Below are positions 38,551-51,458 of a stretch of 64,000 nt of DNA, piece by piece (position 1 is the first letter of the stretch; every line of letters begins with the position of its first letter). The stretch comes from Takakia lepidozioides (taxonomy: Eukaryota; Plantae; Bryophyta): the NCBI GenBank assembly GCA_030704615.1, contig CM060734.1:59830001-59894000 (forward strand), written 5' to 3'. Below the pieces are notes generated by a model. That model made no database searches. It saw only the letters and a list, made by a program, of their open reading frames with translations, and had not been told where the DNA came from. A program made the position numbers and the translations under genes.

Positions 38551-39512
38551 ATTGGTTGGTCTTGAGCTGAAGAGCACGATCCCTGCAGGGATGTCTCTCC
38601 ATCTGTAGATCTTTTAGGAAGTGGAAGGCTAGGCCTAGGGCCCAGCTTTCTTATGACATTGTTAGCTGATATTCAGTTCTTCTCCTTAGCTCGGTGCTTT
38701 TCTGTTTCCAAGTTATGGCAGTAGTTTCTGGCTGCAGTCTCTTCCTGCTAGACTCTTTAGCTCTATGCAGACCCCCTTCTTTGCTTGCCTTCCTTCTTAC
38801 TACTCTTTCTTATCTTGGTACGCGAAGCTGTGTCTTCCTCTTTCAGCCTCTATGGCACTCTATCCAGAGGTTATTTTTCCTCTTTGTATCCAAGGACATT
38901 TTATGTCCATTACCTATAAAGTTCTAGAGGCCACTGTCCCTCACTGTCCCTCTTTGTCAACAAAAATAAAAAAAATAAAAAAAGACAACAATGGCTTCCA
39001 TTCTATTTTCCTAGAAACCTAATGAGAATTTAAATCAATTAATAATCTAAATATTATAATTGTATGATTTAATTTATTAAAATAAAATATTATTAAAAAA
39101 CCTCTTTAGTCATGAAGTTATATACTCATGACTACATCATGGCAACGTGGCATTATATGATACGATATTCTTTCCCACGTGTGGGTCATATATGTTGTCC
39201 ATGTGGACACGTGTTACATTCGGAGTGCTACATATGTCTCTCTGATGCCTCTCCAATGGAGTTATACTTTGTAGACATGTAGTCATATAGTTAGTCATAT
39301 ATAAATCATATAGTTGTAACTACATCCTCTCTACAGCATGACTCCACGTGCCACGCACGCAGTCACGGCTATGACTTGCAAAACGCAGTCCTAAGGACTA
39401 GTCGCTATGACAGGGCTTTTTTCACTGCAGAGTGATATAGTCATGAACGCATATAGGACTGAAAAAATAGTCATATGTGCAGTCATAAAAACGCTCATAT
39501 GTTGTAGTGTTT

Positions 39513-40340
39513 GGAACTCTGCAGGAGCGTTCTTAAGCCCGAATGGTAAGAACCGCCACTGATATAGACAATCCTTCCCGTGCTCATTGATCCCCCAGAA
39601 TGTCGTCTTCTGCTTGTCCGCCTCCTTGATCGGCAACTGGTGATATCCGGACCGCAAATCCAAAGTACTAAAGACCTTGGCATGCCCAATGGCATCAAAG
39701 ATCTCCTCAGGTGTGGGCATGGTATACTTATCGGACTTGGTCTAACGATTTACAGGCCGGTAGTCACCGCACATACGTCTCTCTGTCCAATTGCCATAAA
39801 CATCCTTCTTGGCTGGCATCACCGTGGCTGAAGCATACTCTCCACCAGAGAGCTCCACCAAACCAGCCTCCCAGAGATCTTGAGTCATCATCTGAATCAA
39901 AGACCTCTCCATGTCACTGTATCTATAGGGTCTCCAAAAGATTGGCGTGTCCGTGGCCAACTCAATACGAATCTCTTGACCCTTCAGTGTTCCTGAATCC
40001 TTCAAATTGAAGGCAAAGCAATTCCTGTAAGCCCTTAGGAACCGCCGTATACATCGTCTCTCTCCTCCAGTGACAATGGGTCCAATGTCAGGCTCCCAAT
40101 TGTCATCCGTAACTGCAACCTTAAGTCCAGCAGACTGAGAAGTAGAGGACGTGTCCAGTGGTTGCTATGTTGCAACCTCTTGAGCAGTACTCCCTGCCTG
40201 CTCAGTCAATGACAAGGCCTCATCCTGCCCTATCATCTCATCCTTGAGGATCTCCTCAACCCAAGAAGAATCCCCTACATCATCCATCACAGCCGCCTTG
40301 GCTGCCAACTCCCTCTGAACCTCGAGCACCTCCCCTGTAT
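39513..40340 (-). mobile_element. Ty3/gypsy pol, upstream half (RT N-terminus), contiguous with 19894-21677
   Basis: PIFWRPYRYS...RMCGDYRPVNR*TKSDKYTMPTPEEIFD...LDLRSGYHQ...LPFGLKNAPAEFQ ends exactly at the CACTA right end. Confidence 0.93.
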
Positions 40341-40569
40341 GCTATGGTAGACACTGTACATAAACAAACCCCGCCCTCCCACCCTGTTTTATCATGAATG
40401 ATTGGGTGAAATCAATTGGGAAGTCATGACAAGAATGGAAGTGTTAAAAGGTGCCCTGTTTATGGGCTGTTTATGTCTTTAATTGACAATGACCCTAGTG
40501 GGTCTTGTCCATGTCTTGACATGACATGAGTATCTTCCTTCCCTCCCTCCGGTTTTATCAGTGTTTTTT

Positions 40570-41175
40570 TCCTGTTTTTCCATCTATACCGGATGGACTC
40601 TAAACAGTGCTTTCATCCGCCCTATAACGATTTTTTATCCATACCGGATGAATTACCTAGGTGAACACTAAATTACCTCTAAACTGGGTCTATGATTTTT
40701 TCATTCCTCTTTTATTGACTTTCATCCATACCAGATGAGTCACCAGAGAATGAGGAATTACCTCTGTAGGGGTTGACACTGGCATCCTATATATAAATTT
40801 TTCCATCCATACCGGATGAAAAATACCAGGATATTAATTCGTTTATTCCTCTTTTATGGTTTTTTTCCGTACTGGATGCGGCATTTTTTTTTGGGGATGT
40901 TGAATTACCTGTTAGGATGTGAAACTGTTGCCTTGGATGTTATGTACTGTTTTTCCATCCTACTGACGAACTTATTGACTTTTTCATCTGAACCGGATGA
41001 AATATACAGCCTATGATGGCCCTGGACAGATGATTAATTACCCTTAATTATGGCTAATTAAGGAGTGAAACCCTAACCCCTACCCTATAACCTACTGTAT
41101 AAACCTAGCTAACGGATGACATCCGTCGGTTTTTGAAAAAAGTGGTGTTGATTACTCATCCTGCATGGATGATAA
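40570..41175. repeat. Cluster of short imperfect palindromes, CATCC-ATACC-GGATG (likely transposon subterminal repeats)
   Basis: Copies at about 40581, 40638, 40723, 40804, 40867, 40954, 40985 and 41157. Related copies lie at ~23229-23272 and ~36982-37002, on either side of the LTR insertion. Confidence 0.7.
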
Positions 41176-41239
41176 ATCGGGCATGGCCCTAGGGTGTCTC
41201 TCCCGCCGTTAGCAGCACTCCTCGTGCTTCTGATGAGAG

Positions 41240-42358
41240 GGCTCGGCTTTGGAGACCTATGAGCAAATGATGGGGGGAGGGGTGAAGCCTAACCACATCG
41301 CAAGGCATTTCAACAGATTCAGATATGTATGTCTGTCTCTTGCTTAAGTGCATCAAGATGGAAGGTCTGGAAGCTGGAACGCAGGTGCATACTCACGTTA
41401 TCCAAAGTGGATTCACGTCAAATGTTTTTCTACTCAACACCCTTGTCAACATGTATGTTAAGTGCGGGAGCATCATCGGTGCTCACCAAATGTTCAACAG
41501 AACGCCTCAACGATCTTTGATCACGTGGAATATAATGTTGGCAGGATGCAATGCTTGTGCAAGCCTGGGAGCTCTGGAAACGGGGAAAGAGGTCCATGGT
41601 GACATTGTCAAAGCTAGAATTGTACCAGATGTCATTCTGAACACTGCCCTGGTGGATATGTATGCCAAATGTGGGTGCATTCAGGATGCGAAGGGAGTTT
41701 CCAACACTATGGCTGAACGAGATGTGGTGTCATGAAACGCGATGCTTGCAGGGTATGCACAGCAGGGACGTGGTATGGAGGCTTTGGATCTAATGATGGG
41801 GGAAGGGGTGAAGCCCGACTACATCACGTTTGTGTGCATTTGCAATGCGTGTGCAAGCTTGGCAACTCTGGAAAAGGGCAAAGAGGTCCATAGCGACATT
41901 GTCAGAGTTGCAATTGTATCAAATGTCATTCTGAACAATACCCTAGTGGACATGTATGAAGGTCGAGCGTGTATGGCTGAACGAGATGTGCTGTCGTGGA
42001 GTGCAGGATATGCACAACAAAGGCGCGGGATGGAGGCTTTGGAGACCTATGAGCAAATGGTGTGCGAAGGGGGTGTGCGAAGGGATGAAGCCCGCGCTTT
42101 GCATTGCATGATGTTGAGGAAGAGCTTAAAGAATCATCTCTTCGCCACCACAATGAGAAGCTGGCCATTATTTTTGGGCTTATCAATGCACCTTCTGGGA
42201 TGCCTTTGGGGATCATCAAGAACCTTCGGGTGTGTGGTGACTGCCACACAACCACCAAATTCATCTCAAAGATAGCTAAGCAAGATATTGTTGTACGGGA
42301 TGCCAACCGCTTTCACCACTTCCAAAATGGTGTTTGTTCTTGTGGGGAATACTGGTGA
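41240..42358 (+). pseudogene. PLS-PPR-DYW RNA-editing-factor pseudogene (internal deletions, TGA at 41733, frameshifts)
   Basis: PPR repeats at 41325-42070. DYW tail [12 protein letters not shown]...[10 protein letters not shown]...[21 protein letters not shown]+ region missing. Confidence 0.92.
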
Positions 42359-43000
42359 AATGAAATGCTTGTTACCTAACTGAATGCATTCTTTGCCAGC
42401 TGCAAGTCAGGTTGGACTCCAACAGTGGCAACAAAGGTACATGAAATCTTTTCAAAGAGGAATTCTCAACAGTAGGTTTTGAACATAATTGGACCTTGCA
42501 ACGGTTGAACTGTAAAACAAGTTCAGAAACTGTCCTAGTTGATGAACAGAGGTGTGGTGACTAAGGTCTTCATGGTCCTCAAGAGGGTCACTCTCTACTG
42601 TGTATCAAAAAATGGAAACTTTCTTCAGGCCTCTTGCACATTGGGCATTGACAATGTCCCTTTCCTCTCTGCATCTGTTTCTTCCAGAGTGAGATATTTG
42701 ATATCAGCTTGACGATTCCACACCAAGTCTTTGATAATTTTATTGAGGGCAAACATTTTTTTAATTAATTCATTAGTATTCTGTTCTTAAATGAATAAAG
42801 TTGAAATAATATAAAAACATACATATACATATTTGAGGGTATTTTTAATGATTGAAAAGGGAAATATACATATAGAAGGGGTACTTTTTAAAGATCACAA
42901 ATTTCTATATATTTACAGGAGGGGATTTTATAATCTTCAAAATATATGTACAGAGGGGGTATAAATGATCCAAGGACCCGTATACAAGGGTTTTTTTTTA

Positions 43001-45196
43001 TTAGGCGGCGCACGCACGTGATACAGACATTTTATAAGGAGTGCACCCCCTAGGTTTTTTGGCCTGACGTTCCTCAACGCGGGCCCGCTTAGCCTCAGCT
43101 TGAGTGTTTTCTTTTGCTGCACGTTTGGTTTTGGCTGCAAGGGCCTCATCTTTCTTCCGCTCACAAGCTTTAATGGCCTCCTCTTTTAGTCTAGCTTTTT
43201 GTTCCAGAGATGCTAAGTATACATCTGATGTCATGATTATTGACTTGCTATAGTCTATGATGGGATCGTTGGCATTCAATCCGACCCTCCTGTTTATATG
43301 TGCAGGTGCCTTTGGTAGCGTAAGGAAGCGAGAGATTGAGCTTGGCTTTGGCAGGGATGGCTGGCCCACCACCAGCGAGGAGTCATCGTCGACCTCCATG
43401 GGCTCCTGACTCGCCCCCACTGCCTCTTCTTCATCGTCGTCGACGTCATTGGGCTGAACTTGGTCGTCCCTATCGTCAACCACCACAAAGTAGTGGTGTT
43501 GGTCTTCAGTTGTATCCGACACACAAGTGCCCAATATCTCTTCCACGTGAAGCTATGAAACCAGGTCTTCTTCCTATGGTTCTGGAGTGGCAGGATGCAT
43601 GGGGTCTGTGCAGGTCTGCTCTTCTGTTTGGTTTGAGAAACACTCAGATGGGTCCATCTTTCCCACCATAGCTTCAGAATTGAGTGGCCAAATGCCTGTA
43701 GTCTTGAACCCCTTTGCAATTGTGGTGGGTTAGCTCCTTCTTCAAGGCGAGTGAGACCCATTGGGCCAAATCTTCTGTGAGAGCTCCTCTCCCCTTGTGA
43801 GCCATGGTCCATACATCTCTGTACTTCCGGAAAGCTGTCTTGAATGGTTTGAACACAGCCACATCAAAAGGCTGGAGTGCATGGGAAGTGTGGGAAGGAA
43901 GTGTAATCACGTCCTGTCCTACTAATCTAGCTTGTTTGACAACGTCTATAGTGACATGCAAGTTATGACCATCCAAGATCAGCAAGTGCCTATTTGTGAC
44001 CGAGATCTCATTGCCCATTGCCTTTGCTCCAAGAAATGTGAGATCCATTTGTGAAATAGTATTGATGTCATCCATGCCTTCCTTTGCATTGCCATTGTAG
44101 CACCGGATTTGCATTTGTGAATGTAATTACAACGAAATATTTTACCTTTGAAAATGTAGAAATTCGGAATATAATTTCTTGCAACGTTCATGCAGGTGAG
44201 GACACTCAACCAATCGCATTGATCTGGCGTTATCGAATGGACAGCTCTTGAACCAAGCACAACAACACCTCCATTTCGCCCAGCTTGGGCCCCTGACTCA
44301 TCGCAATTCCAGATCCTGTCAGCCCCATAGTTATGCTTGTTGTACATTTCTGTCAAGTTAGCATAGAATGTTTGAACATTTTCAGGACATAGTCCCTTGG
44401 CCCTTCCACTCTCAAGTCCTTGAGCTACTCTGAGACTTAGGTGTGGATGTCTAGACCTGAACCATCTCACCCACCCCCAGCCAGGGATCCCTTGTGTGAA
44501 AGGTGTGAGCCGTTCTTGAGTAAGTTCTACTACCTTGAGACGGAGTTGGGTTAGTGTCAATGGGTGACCAATATCTTGCATTTTTTCAATGTACTTCACT
44601 AGTTCATCCTCCTCCTTGGCATCTAGCTTTCCCTTGCTACCTCTCTTCCTTGTCGTAGTAACTCCATACCAATGGTTTCGTAGACTAGTTGCAGGTACCC
44701 CAAACATCCGTGCTGCAAATCTGATGCCGTCCCCACGATCAATAGCTGCCATGGCTCCTTGGAGCTGCACAGCAGTCCAGTTCCCGTTTTTATGTGGATG
44801 CGGTCGTCTTCTTGGTCGCCCTCCCGTCCTAGCAGGAACGTCTTCATTACTCTCCACATTGAAATTAGCTGGATCTTATGGTCCTTTTGTTGCATGTGCA
44901 GTTGTATCGATCATCACTTCAGGTGGAAACTCTTCTGTAGATCCATGACCAACTTGAAATTCAACATTGGAATCCTGCCCTTGGCCCCATTGATAATATT
45001 GATCACTCTCGTCTTCACTTTGATTGCCCTCATTTGCTGCATGTTCACAACGCTCATTGAATGCACGATCAGAGTCACTAGTCTGGCTGCCAATCTCTAC
45101 TGTGTTGTCACCCTCATCAACTACCTTAGTGTTTGGTAGCAATCGGAAAGCTTGGGAAGGCCTAAAATCTTGGTCCATGGCTACTGCAGCAAACAC
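43001..45196 (-). mobile_element. pogo/Tigger-like DDE transposase, frameshifted
   Basis: HTH_psq-like WTAVQLQGAMAAI...IRFAARMFGVPATSL, CENP-B-type HTH ...GWVRWFRSRHP, and catalytic RIWNCDESG, LLILDGH and PSHTSHALQPFDVAVFKPFK split across frames. TIRs not identified. Confidence 0.9.
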
Positions 45197-46194
45197 ACGT
45201 CTTTCCTCTTAACTGAATCCTAGCAACTAAACTAGCAACTATCTTAAGTCTGCACTAAGCCTAAACTGATCCAGGAATCATCTCTAAGCTACGCAGCCCC
45301 CTCATGGATTATGCACTGTAGTTAGCGAGATATGTGTATCGTAGGCATTCATAGTTTTCAGCGCGAGTTTCAAATGGCCCCCTATGAATTTCAAATGGGC
45401 AGCCTATGAATTTGAATGTGAGCAGCCGCCCAACACTGAATGAAAATTACATCTCCACAAATCTGACCCACTTGGGCCTTCATACAACGTTAATTAAGTT
45501 AAGAACGTGTGTACACCAAAACCTCATCTTTATTAAGATGCAGCCTTAATCAAGTTACACATCGTATAATATTATGTACGCGTATGGTCACGTAACAAAT
45601 CTACATGTAGAGGAGGATGCCCATAAGTGCATCCAATCTAGCCCATTGAATGCAGTCTCTCCATTTAAGGGATGTATGAACCCACTTTATGGCCCAAAAA
45701 TAGGGGTCCATTTCAAGACTGGCTCATATTTGGGTGTAACTAACCTAATTTGAGCAAGAAGCATAGCAAAAATAGATACTGCACATGTTGACACCTATTA
45801 GAAGCGGGAAAGAAATGGTGGCGTGGCAGTCGTATAAGGAGTGCCACGTTTCTGCAACCGTAGTAACTTACAGTAACCAACAAATGAAATGCTCACTGGC
45901 TTATTGAATAAATTCGTCAACTTACCTGTAACATCAGTGTGAACGGACGTGCTAATGTTCGCTACCATCTGTGATGTTACGTAGCAGTGTGATATGCTTA
46001 AACACCACATGATGTCGTTTGATGGTGGTGGTAATATCTAGCACTAGATCTCAAAGTGATCAGTTGTGCAGGGTCGTTGAGTAAGATTGGCAACAACCTC
46101 CGGACTCCTGCATCATAACAAACACATTGAAAGGAGTACTAGTGCCACACTACCCACATCCTAAGATAATCTCCGCATGCATTAATTTTGAACA

Positions 46195-49183
46195 CTAATT
46201 TTGGGTGCGCTTTCCATATCGTCGGTCCCGCTGCTGGTATGCCAACAAAGCATCCTTGAACTGTGCCTCCCCAAAGTCTGGCCACAGTATGTCGGCGAAG
46301 AAGAATTCTGTGTAAGCCGATTGCCAGAGAAAGAAGTTACTTAGACGTTGCTCGCCACTCGTCCGAATCAACAGGTCTGGGTCACTGGCCTTGCCCGCCC
46401 AGCTTGTTTTCAGCTCTTCATCAATTGCTGATTCTGTCACGTGGGATACACTCAGCTCTCCCTCCCGAACTCGGACAGCCAATCGTTGGCAGGCACCTAC
46501 AATGTCCTGGCGTCCACTGTAGTTCAATGCAATACTGAATTTAAGGCCAGTGTTGTGCCGTGTACCCCCTTCTAGCCTGGCTATCACCTTCCTTAAAGAC
46601 TCGGGCAGCAAGGAAAGGTCACCTATGCAATGCACCTGGACGTTACCCCTGCATCATCCAGAACACAAGAATACACTTCAGGTTTTCGTAAACCCTCTGC
46701 GCGCCAAATGGTTCTTTTGAGCTCCCCAGCAGCTGCTGCTGCCCTGATTCATATTTGATGTCTGTAACTACAAAAAGGGACAAAATACAGATATATCTAC
46801 AACATATAAAGGCAAGACAGCTACAAGGCCCCTTGCCGCCACTCTCTGACTTCCAACACCATCAGCATGGGCTTATGACATTTCTTTCATGAAGGTTATG
46901 ACGTTATGACAAGCCTTTTAAGTTTTCACCAAAACTTCCTGTCCACGCTGTGCACCCACCTACTCTAGATCCATGCAATCTGACTGGTGCCAGCTAAACA
47001 GCAGTATACATTCACTCGGCATTGTGGCAGGCTTTTGGCTCCCATGTTATAAGTTGGAACTGTGAAAATCTAAGTGTTGCTCGAAGGGATAACATGCCAA
47101 GAGCAGCAGGTCATGGTCATGGCCAAAAGGAGCTCCTGAAGGGCAAACCTAAATAGCCCGTGTCCTCAACCTCCATGCAGGTTGCTCTTGCTGACTTAGC
47201 CCCCCTTACAAAGTTGCATTACTCACAAATAGCACATGAGGTTCATGCCTCACGTGCCTCCCATACATTAAGTCTACAACACATCTGTCACAAACATTTC
47301 AACTGCTGCAGGAGAAAGTGCAGTGCACTTACGCAACAAAGTTGTCGAGCTCGTTTTCAAATAAGTGCATCAAAGAGTCAACCTCCCTCTGCAACCTCGC
47401 CAACAAAACCACCAACTAATGTGCTTGATTTAGACACTTGTACATAACCTTAGAAACCCACCCCTTACAATTCATCCTCCACCAGTCATCTCCCTTTTGA
47501 GTCTAACAGATTTTTTCTATAATTATCTGAATGGTCCTAGACCTGAATCATCTTACACCTAACCCCACATTGTCTTCTCTCCTTCAGGTAATCCCCTCTC
47601 AATATCCATATTCACCGAGTATGCACCATCTGATGAAGGGGAAGTTACGTGCGTTCTCAAGGACAAAGGGTACAGTAAACTATTCGGAGCACAAGACTTC
47701 TGCCAGCAACTTCCAAACATCCCTCCCCTAAATGCAAGCTCCTTGGCTGCTCTGTCTGTGTGTTTTTTCAATTTACAGCCTAACTGGAATTCTCCTCCTT
47801 GTAATACAGAACAAAGTAATGCCCGGCAAGCCATCTCTTGCTCTGTCCAATGCTACAAATTTTCGTATTCACCTACCTTAGATCGAAGCCAATTCTCAGT
47901 GGAAAAGGCAAACACAGTGAGCACTTGAATGCCCCATTCCCGCGACAACTTCAAAACTTCCAGAAGTGCCTGCACACCCGCCTTATACCCTACAGTGGAT
48001 GGCCAGCCTCTCCTCTCCGCCCACCGACAATTGCCATCCATTATGATGGCCACATGCCTTGGCATCAACAATGGATCAGGGTCTTCAGGCCGTTCTTGGG
48101 TAGGATCTGTATGACTGGGTAACTGCACCGACCACCATAATATAAGTTAAGCTTTGCGAATAACCAATTCTAGATCCATGCAAAGTCTCTTCATTAAATT
48201 ACCACTCCAGATTCACAAATGATGGAAGTCATAGTTCTCAGTCCAGCTCTATCCACCACCATGTCTGTTCAGCAAGAAAGTGCACATGAGGGACAAAGAC
48301 AAACAGAGCTCCAGGAGTATTTGCAACCACCTACTATCATCTTATACAAGGGAGTATACTGTGCACAACTGCTTCATATGGGAGCATAATTCTCCGCTGA
48401 TTAGATGCTGCGGGAGACTCTGAAGTAGTCATATCACTTGTCAAAACCGAGTAAAACACCCACCAATCGACTGTGTATTCAAAACGAATCCTAACTGACC
48501 TACATGTTTGACCCCTTCAAATTGATGCAGCTAAATAGCACTCAAATGTGTTCCAGAACCATGCCTAATCAGCACATTCCTGCAGTGAAGCACAGTAGTA
48601 GGCAGACCGCCAGCCTCAGACCTCACAAAGGTACATTAATAAGAACATGTGATAATCATCGATCAGTTGCAAGTAGAAACTTCAGGGAGTGAGCAGGTGG
48701 CAATATTTGTCCCAAAGTCTCATCTCCCAGCTAGACCGTTGCCACAGTTGATGTCCTTCCACATCTTTCAAAACCATTTTCAACTTTGATTTAATCTCCT
48801 GACGAAAGCCATAATTTACACTCAGTGCCTGCTCTTATCTTCAAGGCTTAAACAAACCAGAACCTCATTACTGCAGTCTTTTCATATCAGAGCAACAGTG
48901 TGACCGGGAATTCGACCTGGACCAAGAGATGCGGGACCTCTCCCTTTTGATCTCCAGTATGCGAAGTCGAATGATCCAACCTCAGCGCTGCAAATGGTGG
49001 GGGCGGTCCAATTGAAGCTGGAAAAGGAATAAAATCCTTCGACGTAGCAACTGAAACAGGGACAAAGTGCTTGATGAAAGGCGCAGCCTGACTGCTGCTA
49101 AGGTTGTTCACAGACACAGGAGAGACACGGAGGAAGGCGTTCGCGCATGTAGCTTTGCCGATTGAGAAGCTTACTTTGGCCAT
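46195..49183 (-). CDS. CPT: cis-prenyltransferase (UPPS/DHDDS family) with probable plastid transit peptide; 4 exons, ~340 aa
   Basis: Exons 49183-48917, 48122-47877, 47388-47333 and 46648-46195 with GT-AG, phase-consistent junctions (1023 nt). Motifs PRHVAIIMDGNCRWA, VFAFSTENWLRS, EVDSLM, DPDLLIRTSGEQRLSNFFLWQ and C-terminal RRYG. An alternative ATG lies at 49228. Confidence 0.92.
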
Positions 49184-49249
49184 GACCACGACCTGCTGCT
49201 CGTGGCGTCTTGTCCCTTCAAGTGACATTCAGTTTATCATTGCTGCAAC

Positions 49250-49257
49250 TTATATAA
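49250..49257 (-). promoter_or_regulatory. Candidate TATA box of the CPT gene
   Basis: TTATATAA about 70 nt upstream of the ATG at 49183. Confidence 0.45.
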
Positions 49258-50699
49258 CCTGGGAGCCAGAAGCCTCTTCAGCGCCTCCCAATTATGTGTG
49301 GCCTCGTCCTACATAATGGGGCTGGGCAGGTGGGAGCCCACCAGTCAGAGGGCCTGCACAGTGCACAACTGGACAGGAGTGCTAAGTTAGAGGCTCAGCA
49401 TGTCATAAACCCATGTCCGTGGCCGAGACTCACGGAGGCAAGGTGCTTGCAGTGTCGTCCTGTCTTGCTTTTATCGCTTGTAACTTGTAACCACCAGTGT
49501 TGGACCATCGGCTGTATATTTATATTTTTGTGTTTTCATTTTGTGATCATTATTTTTAGTTGTCTAATTTGAAAAATTACACATCCAAGATGCCTAATTT
49601 AACTCAAAAGTGCCTAACTGCCAAATGGCCCCAAAAATAATTATTAGGCAGGCAAGTGCCTAACCAGCTATTCCACTACGGTGTCATAGAGGTCCAAATC
49701 CAAAACATAACATTTTGAGAGAAAAACAAAAAAAAGGTAAAAAATAACAAAAGTAAGAGTTGGATTTAGGGTTTAGTACATACAACCTTCACAGCATCGT
49801 TACTTGGCAAGATCGACAATCCTATGTCGAATATTTATTTTATTTTGAGAATTTCATTTCAACATATGGAATATTCCCAACGATGCTTTATTATCATTCA
49901 CAAAGTTATTTAATTTCATAAAATCAATTTCCAAAGTTTTCAACAATCTTTGAAATATTAAAATTTGTGTCGAAATTGCCAAGGTATGGTTTAGTATTTC
50001 TTCAATCCAGCAGAATACAATATTTATTCATTAGAGGGTTGAAAATACACATGGATTAATGATAAGAGTGGATGAATGTTAAGAGTGATGAATGGTGAGA
50101 GTGGATGAATGTTGTCTCAAACCAAAGATCTAACAATGTTTTCCGCATAAGATCTAACAACTATGGAGGTGTGCTAACAAAGAGGAGAGCCATATTTTCA
50201 TAACACATATCAAATAATGCTCTCATGCCATTTTCAAGTGTAAATTTTTAAATAGCAGAGATTTCATAACATTAAGGGTGACATACAAAAAAGCAGGTAA
50301 CATTTATCCCTATACTAGGGTTGCCGTACCTACTTTATTAGGCAATAATTAATTCAAAATAAAGTGCCTAATTAAATTTAGTACATTTTTGGAAAATGTG
50401 TCTAAAACTTGGAAAAATTTCCTGAGAAGTGCCTACGTGCTCTAAGATTTGTGAAAAAATACCAAAATATCCAAATATGTGGAAAAAATGCCTACAATTT
50501 AAAATTTCATTTCCATACAACTTCCAAAGGCCCTGCATTGATGCAACTACATTGGTTGTTAAGATCCAACAAGGCAAAGGGTGACGTCAGTATAATGTTA
50601 TTTCCTCCTTTGCTTGCTCTCATAGCGCCTTCCCACATTGGTGGCGCCTACGTGGCGCCCTACTACAGGTTGTAGGAACGCACTTCTTTTAACACTTCT

Positions 50700-50980
50700 G
50701 CAGGTTCTCCTGCGTTAGAAACCTATGCCGCGCGGACGCCCTGCCGGGCTTTTAGCACTTCTATCTGCATAACGCAGGTTCTCCTGCGTTAGAAACCTAT
50801 GCCGCGCGGACGCCCTGCCGGGCTTTTAGCACTTCTATCTGCATAACGCAGGTTCTCCTGCGTTAGAAACCTATGCCGCGCGGACGCCCTGCCGGGCTTT
50901 TAGCACTTCTATCTGCATAACGCAGGTTCTCCTGCGTTAGAAAACTACGTAGCGGGGACGCCCAGCAGGGCTTTTAGGAA
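50700..50980. repeat. 74-bp minisatellite: 3 identical units plus 1 divergent unit
   Basis: Units start at 50700, 50774, 50848 and 50922; unit junctions form the hairpin TAACGCAGG-TTCT-CCTGCGTTA. Confidence 0.95.
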
Positions 50981-51458
50981 CAGCCTGGCACTGCTGCGCG
51001 CCAAGGTCCTGCGTTGTGGGAACTGAGTTGAGGCTTTGCATCCGTCATGTGTGGCCTGACTATGATAGACTTGTGAGTTCATGGCCTTCATCCAACAAAA
51101 CAACAATTACTTAAATGGGGTAAAAATCCAGTAAATGCCACCAAGGGTGGTCATTATTGGGATTTTTTTAACACTTTGCAAACAATGTCCCAATTTCACA
51201 GTTTTAGTGTATGATTGATGATGTATGATGCAGGATGTGTATAATGTGTACATCAATTATCATCCACTGATAGTGCTGATAATAATATAATAATATAGTG
51301 CTGATGTTATTGCTGCAGCTCATGATTCACATGTAAAACAATCATGAAACAAATATCTCGAAATCATTAAATACATGCAGGTCGCCAAGGTCCCGCAGGC
51401 TTAATGACAATATTAATTATTTTATTCAAGCTTCATCCAATTTTTCAAGAATTCAGAG

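Larger units (their letters stand above)
21678..39509. mobile_element. Non-autonomous CACTA (En/Spm) element carrying host gene fragments (Pack-CACTA), with a nested LTR retrotransposon
   Basis: Left end CACTACAAGAGATGAGCGTTTTTAGGACT matches the reverse complement of the right end, CACTACAACATATGAGCGTTTTTATGACT, at 26/29. The 3-bp TSD TTT lies at 21675-21677 and 39510-39512. AGTCAT/ATGACT subterminal repeats occupy 39100-39490. Removing the element rejoins the gypsy RT in frame (AEFQ|RVMDRIL). Confidence 0.93.

Noticed and set aside
40352-40375. CACTG as the left terminus of a second CACTA-type element
   Set aside because: No matching inverted end with a 3-bp TSD was found in the window.
50700-50980. 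CRISPR array
   Set aside because: The units are fully identical with no unique spacers, there are no cas genes, and the context is eukaryotic.
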